This document shows, piece after piece, positions 38,113 to 52,100 of a stretch of DNA of 64,000 nt. Source of the stretch: Camelus dromedarius (taxonomy: Eukaryota); contig NC_087437.1 of the NCBI RefSeq assembly GCF_036321535.1, positions 2,108,001 through 2,172,000 on the forward strand. Reading direction: 5' to 3'. The position numbers and the translations under genes are program-made. The notes under the pieces are model-generated. The model searched no databases and was not told where the DNA came from. It saw only the letters and a program-made list of their open reading frames with translations. Numbering within the stretch: position 1 is the first letter of the stretch; each line of letters opens with the position of its first letter.

Positions 38113-41100
38113 ACCAGAGGCGGGGTGCCGTCTGCCTACCTGGTTCGGCGGCGGGGCCCGGGGAAGAGGGTGCCCCTGGTGAACCAGAGGATTTTCTCCC
38201 ATGTCCCTAGCTGCCTTGCCTCTGGGCGGCCTCCGCTAACCCAAGTTCGCCGGACGCAAGCCTTTGAAGTCAGCCTGCTCCTGGGAGCCGGCGAGGTAAG
38301 GACAGGGGAAGTGGTCAGCGGCAGACACGGAGGCGGCCCAGAACGCAAGAGGGATGCCTCGGCGAGTCGGTCATTTTCCTACCATCCCCCCTCTCCTGGC
38401 CTCGGGGCGGCCTCTGCTACCGCAGGTGTGCGGCAATTAATTCTCCTTGTCAGCCAGGTCCTGGGAGTCTGTCCAGGTGAGCCCAAGGGACACGGACGTC
38501 GCGGGGAGCGGACTGCCTCGGGTTAGCCGATCAGTTTGCTCCCATCCCCACAAGCGCCTGGCCTGGGGGCGGCCTGTCCTGCGCCAGGTTCAGAGTATGC
38601 ACGTTTCCAGCTCAGCCAGCCCACCCGAGGCCGGCGCGCTGTGATCAGGGTCTGCAATGAGAAGTCGGGGCTGACTCACCGAGCCCGTGTATTTGTTCAG
38701 ATCTCCCTCTTGGCTGGTCCTGGGCTAGGCCTCTACTACCCTAGGTCCACGAGGTGCTCATCTCTGTGTTTTTCAGCTCCGGGGAAGCCAGTGCGGGGTG
38801 GTCAGGGGGCGGGGAGGGGGCGGGGCGGGGGCGGGGCGGGGGCAGCTACAGAGAGGGCTGAAGCGGGATGCACGGGCTGCCCAGGCAAGCCTGCGGAATT
38901 CCATCCAGTGTCCCCCTCGGCCTGCAATGCGGGCGCCCTCTGCTGCTTCAGGGTGGCAATTGGCATCCCTCCAGGTGGGTCGAGTACTGGGAGGCTTCCT
39001 CCTTTAGACAGACAGAGAGACAAATAAAGAGACAGACAGACACACTAGCCTCTTCATCCATTGAGAAACAGCCGTATATCCTAACCTCCTCCTCCTCATT
39101 CATTATATAGGTAGACAGATACATATATAGACAGACACACACACACACATACACACACTAGCCTCTTCCTACTCCTCAATTAAGTAGGTAGAGAGACACA
39201 CTAATCTCCTCCTCCTTTAGATAATACATAGACAAACTTAATACATTTTTCTCCTCCTCCATTAGATAGATGGAAAGTGAGATTGACCGATACACCCAGT
39301 AGCCGCTACCTTCTCCTGTTAGAGATACCGAGAGATAGCCAGACACATGGGATTATTTCTTCTTCTCCATTTGATATAGATAGAGACACACTCACAGACA
39401 CACAGACAGACAGACACACTACTCTTCTCCTGCTCTGACAGACAGAGAGATAGACACTCTAGCCTCCTCCTTCTTCTCGAATACATACAGCTGCATAGAT
39501 AGATATCTCCTATATAGACAGACAGACTTACTAGCTTACTCCTCGTCCATTCGATGCACACATAGACTGTTAGACAGACACAGTAGCCTCTTCCCCTCTT
39601 TGTTACACATACTTTGATAAAGAGACCCGCACGCACACACACACACACATACACACAGGCTAGCATCCTCCTCTTCCTCAAGTAGGTAGATAGGGAGATA
39701 GAAACACTAAATTCCTGCTCCGACAGACACACAAATAAAAAGACACACTTGCCTACTGCTGTGCCTGAACTACATAGGTCGATTTTTACACAGATTGATA
39801 GATACACAGATAGATAGAGAGATAGATAGGTAGAGAGGCAGGCAAATGGAGAGACATAATTTTCGCCTCCTCCTCCAGTAGATATATAGACAGACACACA
39901 CATAGTCTAGCCTCTCGCATCCTCCAATAGATAGACAATCAGCCAGGCAGTCAGACAGACTGACACACGTGAGGCGCTGTGCAGTTTGGGGTTGGGTTTC
40001 AGCGGCGTCCACCGTGGACAGTTGTGCCCCTGGCGAGTCATAGGATTTTATCCCATGTCCCTAGCTGCCTTGCCTGCGGGCGGCCCCCGCTCCCCCAAAT
40101 TCGACGGACTGAAGCTTTCAAGTTAGCCTGCTCGTGGCAGCAGGCGTTGTAAGGAAAGTGGAAGAGGTGAGCGGCAGCTCCGGAAGCGGCAGAGCATCTA
40201 AGGGGGATGCCTCGGCGAATCGGTCATTTTCCTCCCATTTCCCCCTCTCCTGGCCTCGGGGCAGCCTCTGCTACCCCAGGAGTGCGGGATTTCGTTGTCC
40301 TTGTCAGCCAGGTCCTAGGAAGCTGTCGAGGTGTGCTCAGGGAACAGGGATGTCGCTTCTAGAGGACTGCCTCGGGTGAGCCGATCAGTTTGCTCCCATC
40401 TCCACAAGCGCCTGGCCTGGGGGCGGCCTCTCCTTCCCCAGGTTCCCAGTATGCATGTTTCCAGCTCAGCCTGTGCCCTTAGGCAGGCGCGGTGTTCTTA
40501 GGGGCTGCATTGAGGAGGCGGGGCTGCTCCACCGAGCCCGTGTATTTGCACAGATCTCCCCGTTGACCGGTCCTAGGGTTGGTCTCTGCTACCCTAGGTA
40601 CACGATATACACATCTCGTTGTTTTCCGGCCCCCGGGAGGCAAGTGCGGGGTGGTCAGGGGGCGGGGGGGGGGGGGTGGCGTTGGCGCCTACACAGAGGG
40701 AGGAAGAGGGATGCACGGGCTGTCCAGGGAAGCCTGTGGATTTCCATCCAGTGTCCCCCTCGGCGTGCAATGATGGCACCCTCTGCTGCTTCAGGGTGGC
40801 AATTGGCATCCCTCCAGGTGGGTCGAGTACTGGGAGGCTTCCTCCTTTAGACAGACAGAGAGACAAATAAAGAGACAGACAGACACACTAGCCTCTTCAT
40901 CCATTGAGAAACAGCCGTATATCCTAACCTCCTCCTCCTCATTCATTATATAGGTAGACAGATACATATATAGACAGACACACACACACACATACACACA
41001 CTAGCCTCTTCCTACTCCTCAATTAAGTAGGTAGAGAGACACACTAATCTCCTCCTCCTTTAGATAATACATAGACAAACTTAATACATTTTTCTCCTCC

Positions 41101-44100
41101 TCCATTAGATAGATGGAAAGTGAGATTGACCGATACACCCAGTAGCCGCTACCTTCTCCTGTTAGAGATACCGAGAGATAGCCAGACACATGGGATTATT
41201 TCTTCTTCTCCATTTGATATAGATAGAGACACACTCACAGACACACAGACAGACAGACACACTACTCTTCTCCTGCTCTGACAGACAGAGAGATAGACAC
41301 TCTAGCCTCCTCCTTCTTCTCGAATACATACAGCTGCATAGATAGATATCTCCTATATAGACAGACAGACTTACTAGCTTACTCCTCGTCCATTCGATGC
41401 ACACATAGACTGTTAGACAGACACAGTAGCCTCTTCCCCTCTTTGTTACACATACTTTGATAAAGAGACCCGCACGCACACACACACACACATACACACA
41501 GGCTAGCATCCTCCTCTTCCTCAAGTAGGTAGATAGGGAGATAGAAACACTAAATTCCTGCTCCGACAGACACACAAATAAAAAGACACACTTGCCTACT
41601 GCTGTGCCTGAACTACATAGGTCGATTTTTACACAGATTGATAGATACACAGATAGATAGAGAGATAGATAGGTAGAGAGGCAGGCAAATGGAGAGACAT
41701 AATTTTCGCCTCCTCCTCCAGTAGATATATAGACAGACACACACATAGTCTAGCCTCTCGCATCCTCCAATAGATAGACAATCAGCCAGGCAGTCAGACA
41801 GACTGACACACGTGAGGCGCTGTGCAGTTTGGGGTTGGGTTTCAGCGGCGTCCACCGTGGACAGTTGTGCCCCTGGCGAGTCATAGGATTTTATCCCATG
41901 TCCCTAGCTGCCTTGCCTGCGGGCGGCCCCCGCTCCCCCAAATTCGACGGACTGAAGCTTTCAAGTTAGCCTGCTCGTGGCAGCAGGCGTTGTAAGGAAA
42001 GTGGAAGAGGTGAGCGGCAGCTCCGGAAGCGGCAGAGCATCTAAGGGGGATGCCTCGGCGAATCGGTCATTTTCCTCCCATTTCCCCCTCTCCTGGCCTC
42101 GGGGCAGCCTCTGCTACCCCAGGAGTGCGGGATTTCGTTGTCCTTGTCAGCCAGGTCCTAGGAAGCTGTCGAGGTGTGCTCAGGGAACAGGGATGTCGCT
42201 TCTAGAGGACTGCCTCGGGTGAGCCGATCAGTTTGCTCCCATCTCCACAAGCGCCTGGCCTGGGGGCGGCCTCTCCTTCCCCAGGTTCCCAGTATGCATG
42301 TTTCCAGCTCAGCCTGTGCCCTTAGGCAGGCGCGGTGTTCTTAGGGGCTGCATTGAGGAGGCGGGGCTGCTCCACCGAGCCCGTGTATTTGCACAGATCT
42401 CCCCGTTGACCGGTCCTAGGGTTGGTCTCTGCTACCCTAGGTACACGATATACACATCTCGTTGTTTTCCGGCCCCCGGGAGGCAAGTGCGGGGTGGTCA
42501 GGGGGCGGGGGGGGGGGTGGCGTTGGCGCCTACACAGAGGGAGGAAGAGGGATGCACGGGCTGTCCAGGGAAGCCTGTGGATTTCCATCCAGTGTCCCCC
42601 TCGGCGTGCAATGATGGCACCCTCTGCTGCTTCAGGGTGACAATTGGCATCCCTCCAGCTGGGCCTAATAAAGGGAGGCTTCCTCCATTAGACAGACAGA
42701 GAGACATATAAAGAGACAGACAGACACACTAGCCTCTTCATCCATTGAGAAACAGCCGTATATCCTAACCTCCTCCTCCTCATTCATTATATAGGTAGGC
42801 AGATACATATATAGACAGACACACACACACACATACACACACTAGCCTCTTCCTACTCCTCAATTATGTAGGTAGAGAGACACACTAATCTCCTCCTCCT
42901 TTAGATAATACATAGACAAACTTAATACATTTTTCTCCTCCTCCATTAGATAGATGGAAAGTGAGATTGACCGATACACCCAGTAGCCGCTACCTTCTCC
43001 TGTTAGAGATACCGAGAGATAGCCAGACACATGGGATTATTTCTTCTTCTCCATTTGATATAGATAGAGACACACTCACAGACACACAGACAGACAGACA
43101 CACTACTCTTCTCCTGCTCTGACAGACAGAGAGATAGACACTCTAGCCTCCTCCTTCTTCTCGAATACATACAGCTGCATAGATAGATATCTCATATATA
43201 GACAGACAGACTTACTAGCTTACTCCTCGTCCATTCGATGCACACATAGACTGTTAGACAGACACAGTAGCCTCTTCCCCTCTTTGTTACACATACTTTG
43301 ATAAAGAGACCCGCACGCACACACACACACACATACACACAGGCTAGCATCCTCCTCTTCCTCAAGTAGGTAGATAGGGAGATAGAAACACTAAATTCCT
43401 GCTCCGACAGACACACAAATAAAAAGACACACTTGCCTACTGCTGTGCCTGAACTACATAGGTCGATTTTTACACAGATTGATAGATACACAGATAGATA
43501 GAGAGATAGATAGGTAGAGAGGCAGGCAAATGGAGAGACATAATTTTCGCCTCCTCCTCCAGTAGATATATAGACAGACACACACATAGTCTAGCCTCTC
43601 GCATCCTCCAATAGATAGACAATCAGCCAGGCAGTCAGACAGACTGACACACGTGAGGCGCTGTGCAGTTTGGGGTTGGGTTTCAGCGGCGTCCACCGGG
43701 GACAGTTGTGCCCCTGGCGAGTCATAGGATTTTATCCCATGTCCCTAGCTGCCTTGCCTGCGGGCGGCCCCCGCTCCCCCAAATTCGACGGACTGAAGCT
43801 TTCAAGTTAGCCTGCTCGTGGCAGCAGGCGTTGTAAGGAAAGTGGAAGAGGTGAGCGGCAGCTCCGGAAGCGGCAGAGCATCTAAGGGGGATGCCTCGGC
43901 GAATCGGTCATTTTCCTCCCATTTCCCCCTCTCCTGGCCTCGGGGCAGCCTCTGCTACCCCAGGAGTGCGGGATTTCGTTGTCCTTGTCAGCCAGGTCCT
44001 AGGAAGCTGTCGAGGTGTGCTCAGGGAACAGGGATGTCGCTTCTAGAGGACTGCCTCGGGTGAGCCGATCAGTTTGCTCCCATCTCCACAAGCGCCTGGC

Positions 44101-47100
44101 CTGGGGGCGGCCTCTCCTTCCCCAGGTTCCCAGTATGCATGTTTCCAGCTCAGCCTGTGCCCTTAGGCAGGCGCGGTGTTCTTAGGGGCTGCATTGAGGA
44201 GGCGGGGCTGCTCCACCGAGCCCGTGTATTTGCACAGATCTCCCCGTTGACCGGTCCTAGGGTTGGTCTCTGCTACCCTAGGTACACGATATACACATCT
44301 CGTTGTTTTCCGGCCCCCGGGAGGCAAGTGCGGGGTGGTCAGGGGGCGGGGGGGGGGGGTGGCGTTGGCGCCTACACAGAGGGAGGAAGAGGGATGCACG
44401 GGCTGTCCAGGGAAGCCTGTGGATTTCCATCCAGTGTCCCCCTCGGCGTGCAATGATGGCACCCTCTGCTGCTTCAGGGTGGCAATTGGCATCCCTCCAG
44501 GTGGGTCGAGTACTGGGAGGCTTCCTCCTTTAGACAGACAGAGAGACAAATAAAGAGACAGACAGACACACTAGCCTCTTCATCCATTGAGAAACAGCCG
44601 TATATCCTAACCTCCTCCTCCTCATTCATTATATAGGTAGACAGATACATATATAGACAGACACACACACACACATACACACACTAGCCTCTTCCTACTC
44701 CTCAATTAAGTAGGTAGAGAGACACACTAATCTCCTCCTCCTTTAGATAATACATAGACAAACTTAATACATTTTTCTCCTCCTCCATTAGATAGATGGA
44801 AAGTGAGATTGACCGATACACCCAGTAGCCGCTACCTTCTCCTGTTAGAGATACCGAGAGATAGCCAGACACATGGGATTATTTCTTCTTCTCCATTTGA
44901 TATAGATAGAGACACACTCACAGACACACAGACAGACAGACACACTACTCTTCTCCTGCTCTGACAGACAGAGAGATAGACACTCTAGCCTCCTCCTTCT
45001 TCTCGAATACATACAGCTGCATAGATAGATATCTCCTATATAGACAGACAGACTTACTAGCTTACTCCTCGTCCATTCGATGCACACATAGACTGTTAGA
45101 CAGACACAGTAGCCTCTTCCCCTCTTTGTTACACATACTTTGATAAAGAGACCCGCACGCACACACACACACACATACACACAGGCTAGCATCCTCCTCT
45201 TCCTCAAGTAGGTAGATAGGGAGATAGAAACACTAAATTCCTGCTCCGACAGACACACAAATAAAAAGACACACTTGCCTACTGCTGTGCCTGAACTACA
45301 TAGGTCGATTTTTACACAGATTGATAGATACACAGATAGATAGAGAGATAGATAGGTAGAGAGGCAGGCAAATGGAGAGACATAATTTTCGCCTCCTCCT
45401 CCAGTAGATATATAGACAGACACACACATAGTCTAGCCTCTCGCATCCTCCAATAGATAGACAATCAGCCAGGCAGTCAGACAGACTGACACACGTGAGG
45501 CGCTGTGCAGTTTGGGGTTGGGTTTCAGCGGCGTCCACCGTGGACAGTTGTGCCCCTGGCGAGTCATAGGATTTTATCCCATGTCCCTAGCTGCCTTGCC
45601 TGCGGGCGGCCCCCGCTCCCCCAAATTCGACGGACTGAAGCTTTCAAGTTAGCCTGCTCGTGGCAGCAGGCGTTGTAAGGAAAGTGGAAGAGGTGAGCGG
45701 CAGCTCCGGAAGCGGCAGAGCATCTAAGGGGGATGCCTCGGCGAATCGGTCATTTTCCTCCCATTTCCCCCTCTCCTGGCCTCGGGGCAGCCTCTGCTAC
45801 CCCAGGAGTGCGGGATTTCGTTGTCCTTGTCAGCCAGGTCCTAGGAAGCTGTCGAGGTGTGCTCAGGGAACAGGGATGTCGCTTCTAGAGGACTGCCTCG
45901 GGTGAGCCGATCAGTTTGCTCCCATCTCCACAAGCGCCTGGCCTGGGGGCGGCCTCTCCTTCCCCAGGTTCCCAGTATGCATGTTTCCAGCTCAGCCTGT
46001 GCCCTTAGGCAGGCGCGGTGTTCTTAGGGGCTGCATTGAGGAGGCGGGGCTGCTCCACCGAGCCCGTGTATTTGCACAGATCTCCCCGTTGACCGGTCCT
46101 AGGGTTGGTCTCTGCTACCCTAGGTACACGATATACACATCTCGTTGTTTTCCGGCCCCCGGGAGGCAAGTGCGGGGTGGTCAGGGGGCGGGGGGGGGGG
46201 TGGCGTTGGCGCCTACACAGAGGGAGGAAGAGGGATGCACGGGCTGTCCAGGGAAGCCTGTGGATTTCCATCCAGTGTCCCCCTCGGCGTGCAATGATGG
46301 CACCCTCTGCTGCTTCAGGGTGACAATTGGCATCCCTCCAGCTGGGCCTAATAAAGGGAGGCTTCCTCCATTAGACAGACAGAGAGACATATAAAGAGAC
46401 AGACAGACACACTAGCCTCTTCATCCATTGAGAAACAGCCGTATATCCTAACCTCCTCCTCCTCATTCATTATATAGGTAGGCAGATACATATATAGACA
46501 GACACACACACACACATACACACACTAGCCTCTTCCTACTCCTCAATTATGTAGGTAGAGAGACACACTAATCTCCTCCTCCTTTAGATAATACATAGAC
46601 AAACTTAATACATTTTTCTCCTCCTCCATTAGATAGATGGAAAGTGAGATTGACCGATACACCCAGTAGCCGCTACCTTCTCCTGTTAGAGATACCGAGA
46701 GATAGCCAGACACATGGGATTATTTCTTCTTCTCCATTTGATATAGATAGAGACACACTCACAGACACACAGACAGACAGACACACTACTCTTCTCCTGC
46801 TCTGACAGACAGAGAGATAGACACTCTAGCCTCCTCCTTCTTCTCGAATACATACAGCTGCATAGATAGATATCTCATATATAGACAGACAGACTTACTA
46901 GCTTACTCCTCGTCCATTCGATGCACACATAGACTGTTAGACAGACACAGTAGCCTCTTCCCCTCTTTGTTACACATACTTTGATAAAGAGACCCGCACG
47001 CACACACACACACACATACACACAGGCTAGCATCCTCCTCTTCCTCAAGTAGGTAGATAGGGAGATAGAAACACTAAATTCCTGCTCCGACAGACACACA

Positions 47101-48868
47101 AATAAAAAGACACACTTGCCTACTGCTGTGCCTGAACTACATAGGTCGATTTTTACACAGATTGATAGATACACAGATAGATAGAGAGATAGATAGGTAG
47201 AGAGGCAGGCAAATGGAGAGACATAATTTTCGCCTCCTCCTCCAGTAGATATATAGACAGACACACACATAGTCTAGCCTCTCGCATCCTCCAATAGATA
47301 GACAATCAGCCAGGCAGTCAGACAGACTGACACACGTGAGGCGCTGTGCAGTTTGGGGTTGGGTTTCAGCGGCGTCCACCGGGGACAGTTGTGCCCCTGG
47401 CGAGTCATAGGATTTTATCCCATGTCCCTAGCTGCCTTGCCTGCGGGCGGCCCCCGCTCCCCCAAATTCGACGAACTGAAGCTTTCAAGTTAGCCTGCTC
47501 GTGGCAGCAGGCGTTGTAAGGAAAGTGGAAGAGGTCAGCGGCAGCTCCGGAAGCGGCAGAGCATCTAAGGGGGATGCCTTGGCGAATCGGTCATTTTCCT
47601 CCCATTTCCCCCTCTCCTGGCCTCGGGGCAGCCTCTGCTACCGCAGGAGTGCGGGATTTCGTTGTCCTTCTCAGCCAGGTCCTAGGAAGCTGTCGAGGTG
47701 TGCTCAGGGAACAGGGATTTTACTTCTAGAGGACTGCCTCGGGTGAGCCGATCAGTTTGCTCCCATCTCCAAAAGCGCCTGGCCTGGGGGCGGCCTCTCC
47801 TTCCCCAGGTTCCCAGTATGCATGTTTCCAGCTCAGCCTGTGCCCTTAGGCAGGCGCGGTGTTCTTAGGGGCTGCATTGAGGAGGCGGGGCTGCTCCACC
47901 GAGCCCGTGTATTTGCACAGATCTCCCCGTTGACCGGTCCTAGGGTTGGTCTCTGCTACCCTAGTTACACGATGTACACATCTCGGTGTTTTCCGGCTCC
48001 CGGGAGGCAAGTGCGGGGTGGTCAGGGGGCGGGGTGGGGGGTTGGAGTGGCGGTGGCGCCTACACAGAGGGAAGAAGAGGGATGCACGGGCTGTCCAGGG
48101 AAGCCTGTGGATTTCCATCCAGTGTCCCCCTCGGCGTGCAATAAGGGCGCCCTCTGCTGCTTCAGGGTGGGATTTGGCAACCCTCCAGCTGGGCCTAATA
48201 AAGGGAGGCTTCCTCCATTAGAGAGAGAGACATAAAATAGACAGACAGACACACTAGCCTCTTCCTCCATTTAGAAACACCCATATGTCTTAACCTTCTC
48301 CTCCTAATCCATTATATAGGTAGACAGATACATACATAGACAGACAGACAGACAGACACACACACACACACAAACCCAAACCCACACACAACCTTCCCTC
48401 CTACCAGTCCTCAATTAAGTAGGTAGAGAGACACACTAATCGCCTTCTCCATTAGATAATAAACAGACAAACGGTATAGACTATTTCTACTCCTCATTTA
48501 GATAGATGGAATGTGAGACTGACGCATTCACACACTAGCCTCTACCTTCTCCTGTTAGAGAGACAGACAGATAGCCAGACTCATGAAATCCTCCATCTTC
48601 TCCATTAGATATACATAGAGAAATCTCTAAGATGCACAGTGAGACAAACACTAGTCTTCTCCTCCTCTGACAGGCCGAGGGATAGATAATCAAGCCTCCT
48701 CATTCTTTTCCATTAGGTATAGTTACATACATACATATCTGATAATAGACAGCCAGACAGACATACTAGCCTACTCTTCCTCCATCAGATACATACATAG
48801 AGTGATAGACAGATACAGTAGGCTCCTCCCCCTTTAGATACAGATACATAGATAGACATCCCCACGAG

Positions 48869-48911
<43 letters not shown>

Positions 48912-49181
48912 GCCTTCTCCTCTTCCTCAAAGAGCTAGATAGTTATATAGACACACTAAAATTCTACTCCAACAGACAGAATTTTAAATGACACACTATC
49001 TTACTGCTATGCCTCCCCACATAGATAGATAGCTAGCCAGATCGATAGAGAGGCAGGCAAATAGAGAGTCATACTAGTCGCCTCCTCCTCCGTTGGAGAG
49101 ACGGACAGACACACACATAGTCTAGCTTCAACCATCCTCCAATAGATAGTCATTCAGGCAAGCAGTCAAACAGACAGACAC
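38113..49181. repeat. HOR 8: 6-mer A-B'-B-B'-B-C (11069 bp)
   Basis: A-to-A distance 49194-38125; blocks at 40134, 41977, 43818, 45660, 47501. Confidence 0.95.
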
Positions 49182-52100
49182 ACCAGAGGCGGGGTGCCGT
49201 CTGCCTACCTGGTTCGGCGGCGGGGCCCGGGGAAGAGGGTGCCCCTGGTGAACCAGAGGATTTTCTCCCATGTCCCTAGCTGCCTTGCCTCTGGGCGGCC
49301 TCCGCTAACCCAAGTTCGCCGGACGCAAGCCTTTGAAGTCAGCCTGCTCCTGGGAGCCGGCGAGGTAAGGACAGGGGAAGTGGTCAGCGGCAGACACGGA
49401 GGCGGCCCAGAACGCAAGAGGGATGCCTCGGCGAGTCGGTCATTTTCCTACCATCCCCCCTCTCCTGGCCTCGGGGCGGCCTCTGCTACCGCAGGTGTGC
49501 GGCAATTAATTCTCCTTGTCAGCCAGGTCCTGGGAGTCTGTCCAGGTGAGCCCAAGGGACACGGACGTCGCGGGGAGCGGACTGCCTCGGGTTAGCCGAT
49601 CAGTTTGCTCCCATCCCCACAAGCGCCTGGCCTGGGGGCGGCCTGTCCTGCGCCAGGTTCAGAGTATGCACGTTTCCAGCTCAGCCAGCCCACCCGAGGC
49701 CGGCGCGCTGTGATCAGGGTCTGCAATGAGAAGTCGGGGCTGACTCACCGAGCCCGTGTATTTGTTCAGATCTCCCTCTTGGCTGGTCCTGGGCTAGGCC
49801 TCTACTACCCTAGGTCCACGAGGTGCTCATCTCTGTGTTTTTCAGCTCCGGGGAAGCGAGTGCGGGGTGGTCAGGGGGCGGGGAGGGGGCGGGGCGGGGG
49901 CGGGGCGGGGGCAGCTACAGAGAGGGCTGAAGCGGGATGCACGGGCTGCCCAGGCAAGCCTGCGGAATTCCATCCAGTGTCCCCCTCGGCCTGCAATGCG
50001 GGCGCCCTCTGCTGCTTCAGGGTGGCAATTGGCATCCCTCCAGGTGGGTCGAGTACTGGGAGGCTTCCTCCTTTAGACAGACAGAGAGACAAATAAAGAG
50101 ACAGACAGACACACTAGCCTCTTCATCCATTGAGAAACAGCCGTATATCCTAACCTCCTCCTCCTCATTCATTATATAGGTAGACAGATACATATATAGA
50201 CAGACACACACACACACATACACACACTAGCCTCTTCCTACTCCTCAATTAAGTAGGTAGAGAGACACACTAATCTCCTCCTCCTTTAGATAATACATAG
50301 ACAAACTTAATACATTTTTCTCCTCCTCCATTAGATAGATGGAAAGTGAGATTGACCGATACACCCAGTAGCCGCTACCTTCTCCTGTTAGAGATACCGA
50401 GAGATAGCCAGACACATGGGATTATTTCTTCTTCTCCATTTGATATAGATAGAGACACACTCACAGACACACAGACAGACAGACACACTACTCTTCTCCT
50501 GCTCTGACAGACAGAGAGATAGACACTCTAGCCTCCTCCTTCTTCTCGAATACATACAGCTGCATAGATAGATATCTCCTATATAGACAGACAGACTTAC
50601 TAGCTTACTCCTCGTCCATTCGATGCACACATAGACTGTTAGACAGACACAGTAGCCTCTTCCCCTCTTTGTTACACATACTTTGATAAAGAGACCCGCA
50701 CGCACACACACACACACATACACACAGGCTAGCATCCTCCTCTTCCTCAAGTAGGTAGATAGGGAGATAGAAACACTAAATTCCTGCTCCGACAGACACA
50801 CAAATAAAAAGACACACTTGCCTACTGCTGTGCCTGAACTACATAGGTCGATTTTTACACAGATTGATAGATACACAGATAGATAGAGAGATAGATAGGT
50901 AGAGAGGCAGGCAAATGGAGAGACATAATTTTCGCCTCCTCCTCCAGTAGATATATAGACAGACACACACATAGTCTAGCCTCTCGCATCCTCCAATAGA
51001 TAGACAATCAGCCAGGCAGTCAGACAGACTGACACACGTGAGGCGCTGTGCAGTTTGGGGTTGGGTTTCAGCGGCGTCCACCGTGGACAGTTGTGCCCCT
51101 GGCGAGTCATAGGATTTTATCCCATGTCCCTAGCTGCCTTGCCTGCGGGCGGCCCCCGCTCCCCCAAATTCGACGGACTGAAGCTTTCAAGTTAGCCTGC
51201 TCGTGGCAGCAGGCGTTGTAAGGAAAGTGGAAGAGGTGAGCGGCAGCTCCGGAAGCGGCAGAGCATCTAAGGGGGATGCCTCGGCGAATCGGTCATTTTC
51301 CTCCCATTTCCCCCTCTCCTGGCCTCGGGGCAGCCTCTGCTACCCCAGGAGTGCGGGATTTCGTTGTCCTTGTCAGCCAGGTCCTAGGAAGCTGTCGAGG
51401 TGTGCTCAGGGAACAGGGATGTCGCTTCTAGAGGACTGCCTCGGGTGAGCCGATCAGTTTGCTCCCATCTCCACAAGCGCCTGGCCTGGGGGCGGCCTCT
51501 CCTTCCCCAGGTTCCCAGTATGCATGTTTCCAGCTCAGCCTGTGCCCTTAGGCAGGCGCGGTGTTCTTAGGGGCTGCATTGAGGAGGCGGGGCTGCTCCA
51601 CCGAGCCCGTGTATTTGCACAGATCTCCCCGTTGACCGGTCCTAGGGTTGGTCTCTGCTACCCTAGGTACACGATATACACATCTCGTTGTTTTCCGGCC
51701 CCCGGGAGGCAAGTGCGGGGTGGTCAGGGGGCGGGGGGGGGGGGTGGCGTTGGCGCCTACACAGAGGGAGGAAGAGGGATGCACGGGCTGTCCAGGGAAG
51801 CCTGTGGATTTCCATCCAGTGTCCCCCTCGGCGTGCAATGATGGCACCCTCTGCTGCTTCAGGGTGGCAATTGGCATCCCTCCAGGTGGGTCGAGTACTG
51901 GGAGGCTTCCTCCTTTAGACAGACAGAGAGACAAATAAAGAGACAGACAGACACACTAGCCTCTTCATCCATTGAGAAACAGCCGTATATCCTAACCTCC
52001 TCCTCCTCATTCATTATATAGGTAGACAGATACATATATAGACAGACACACACACACACATACACACACTAGCCTCTTCCTACTCCTCAATTAAGTAGGT

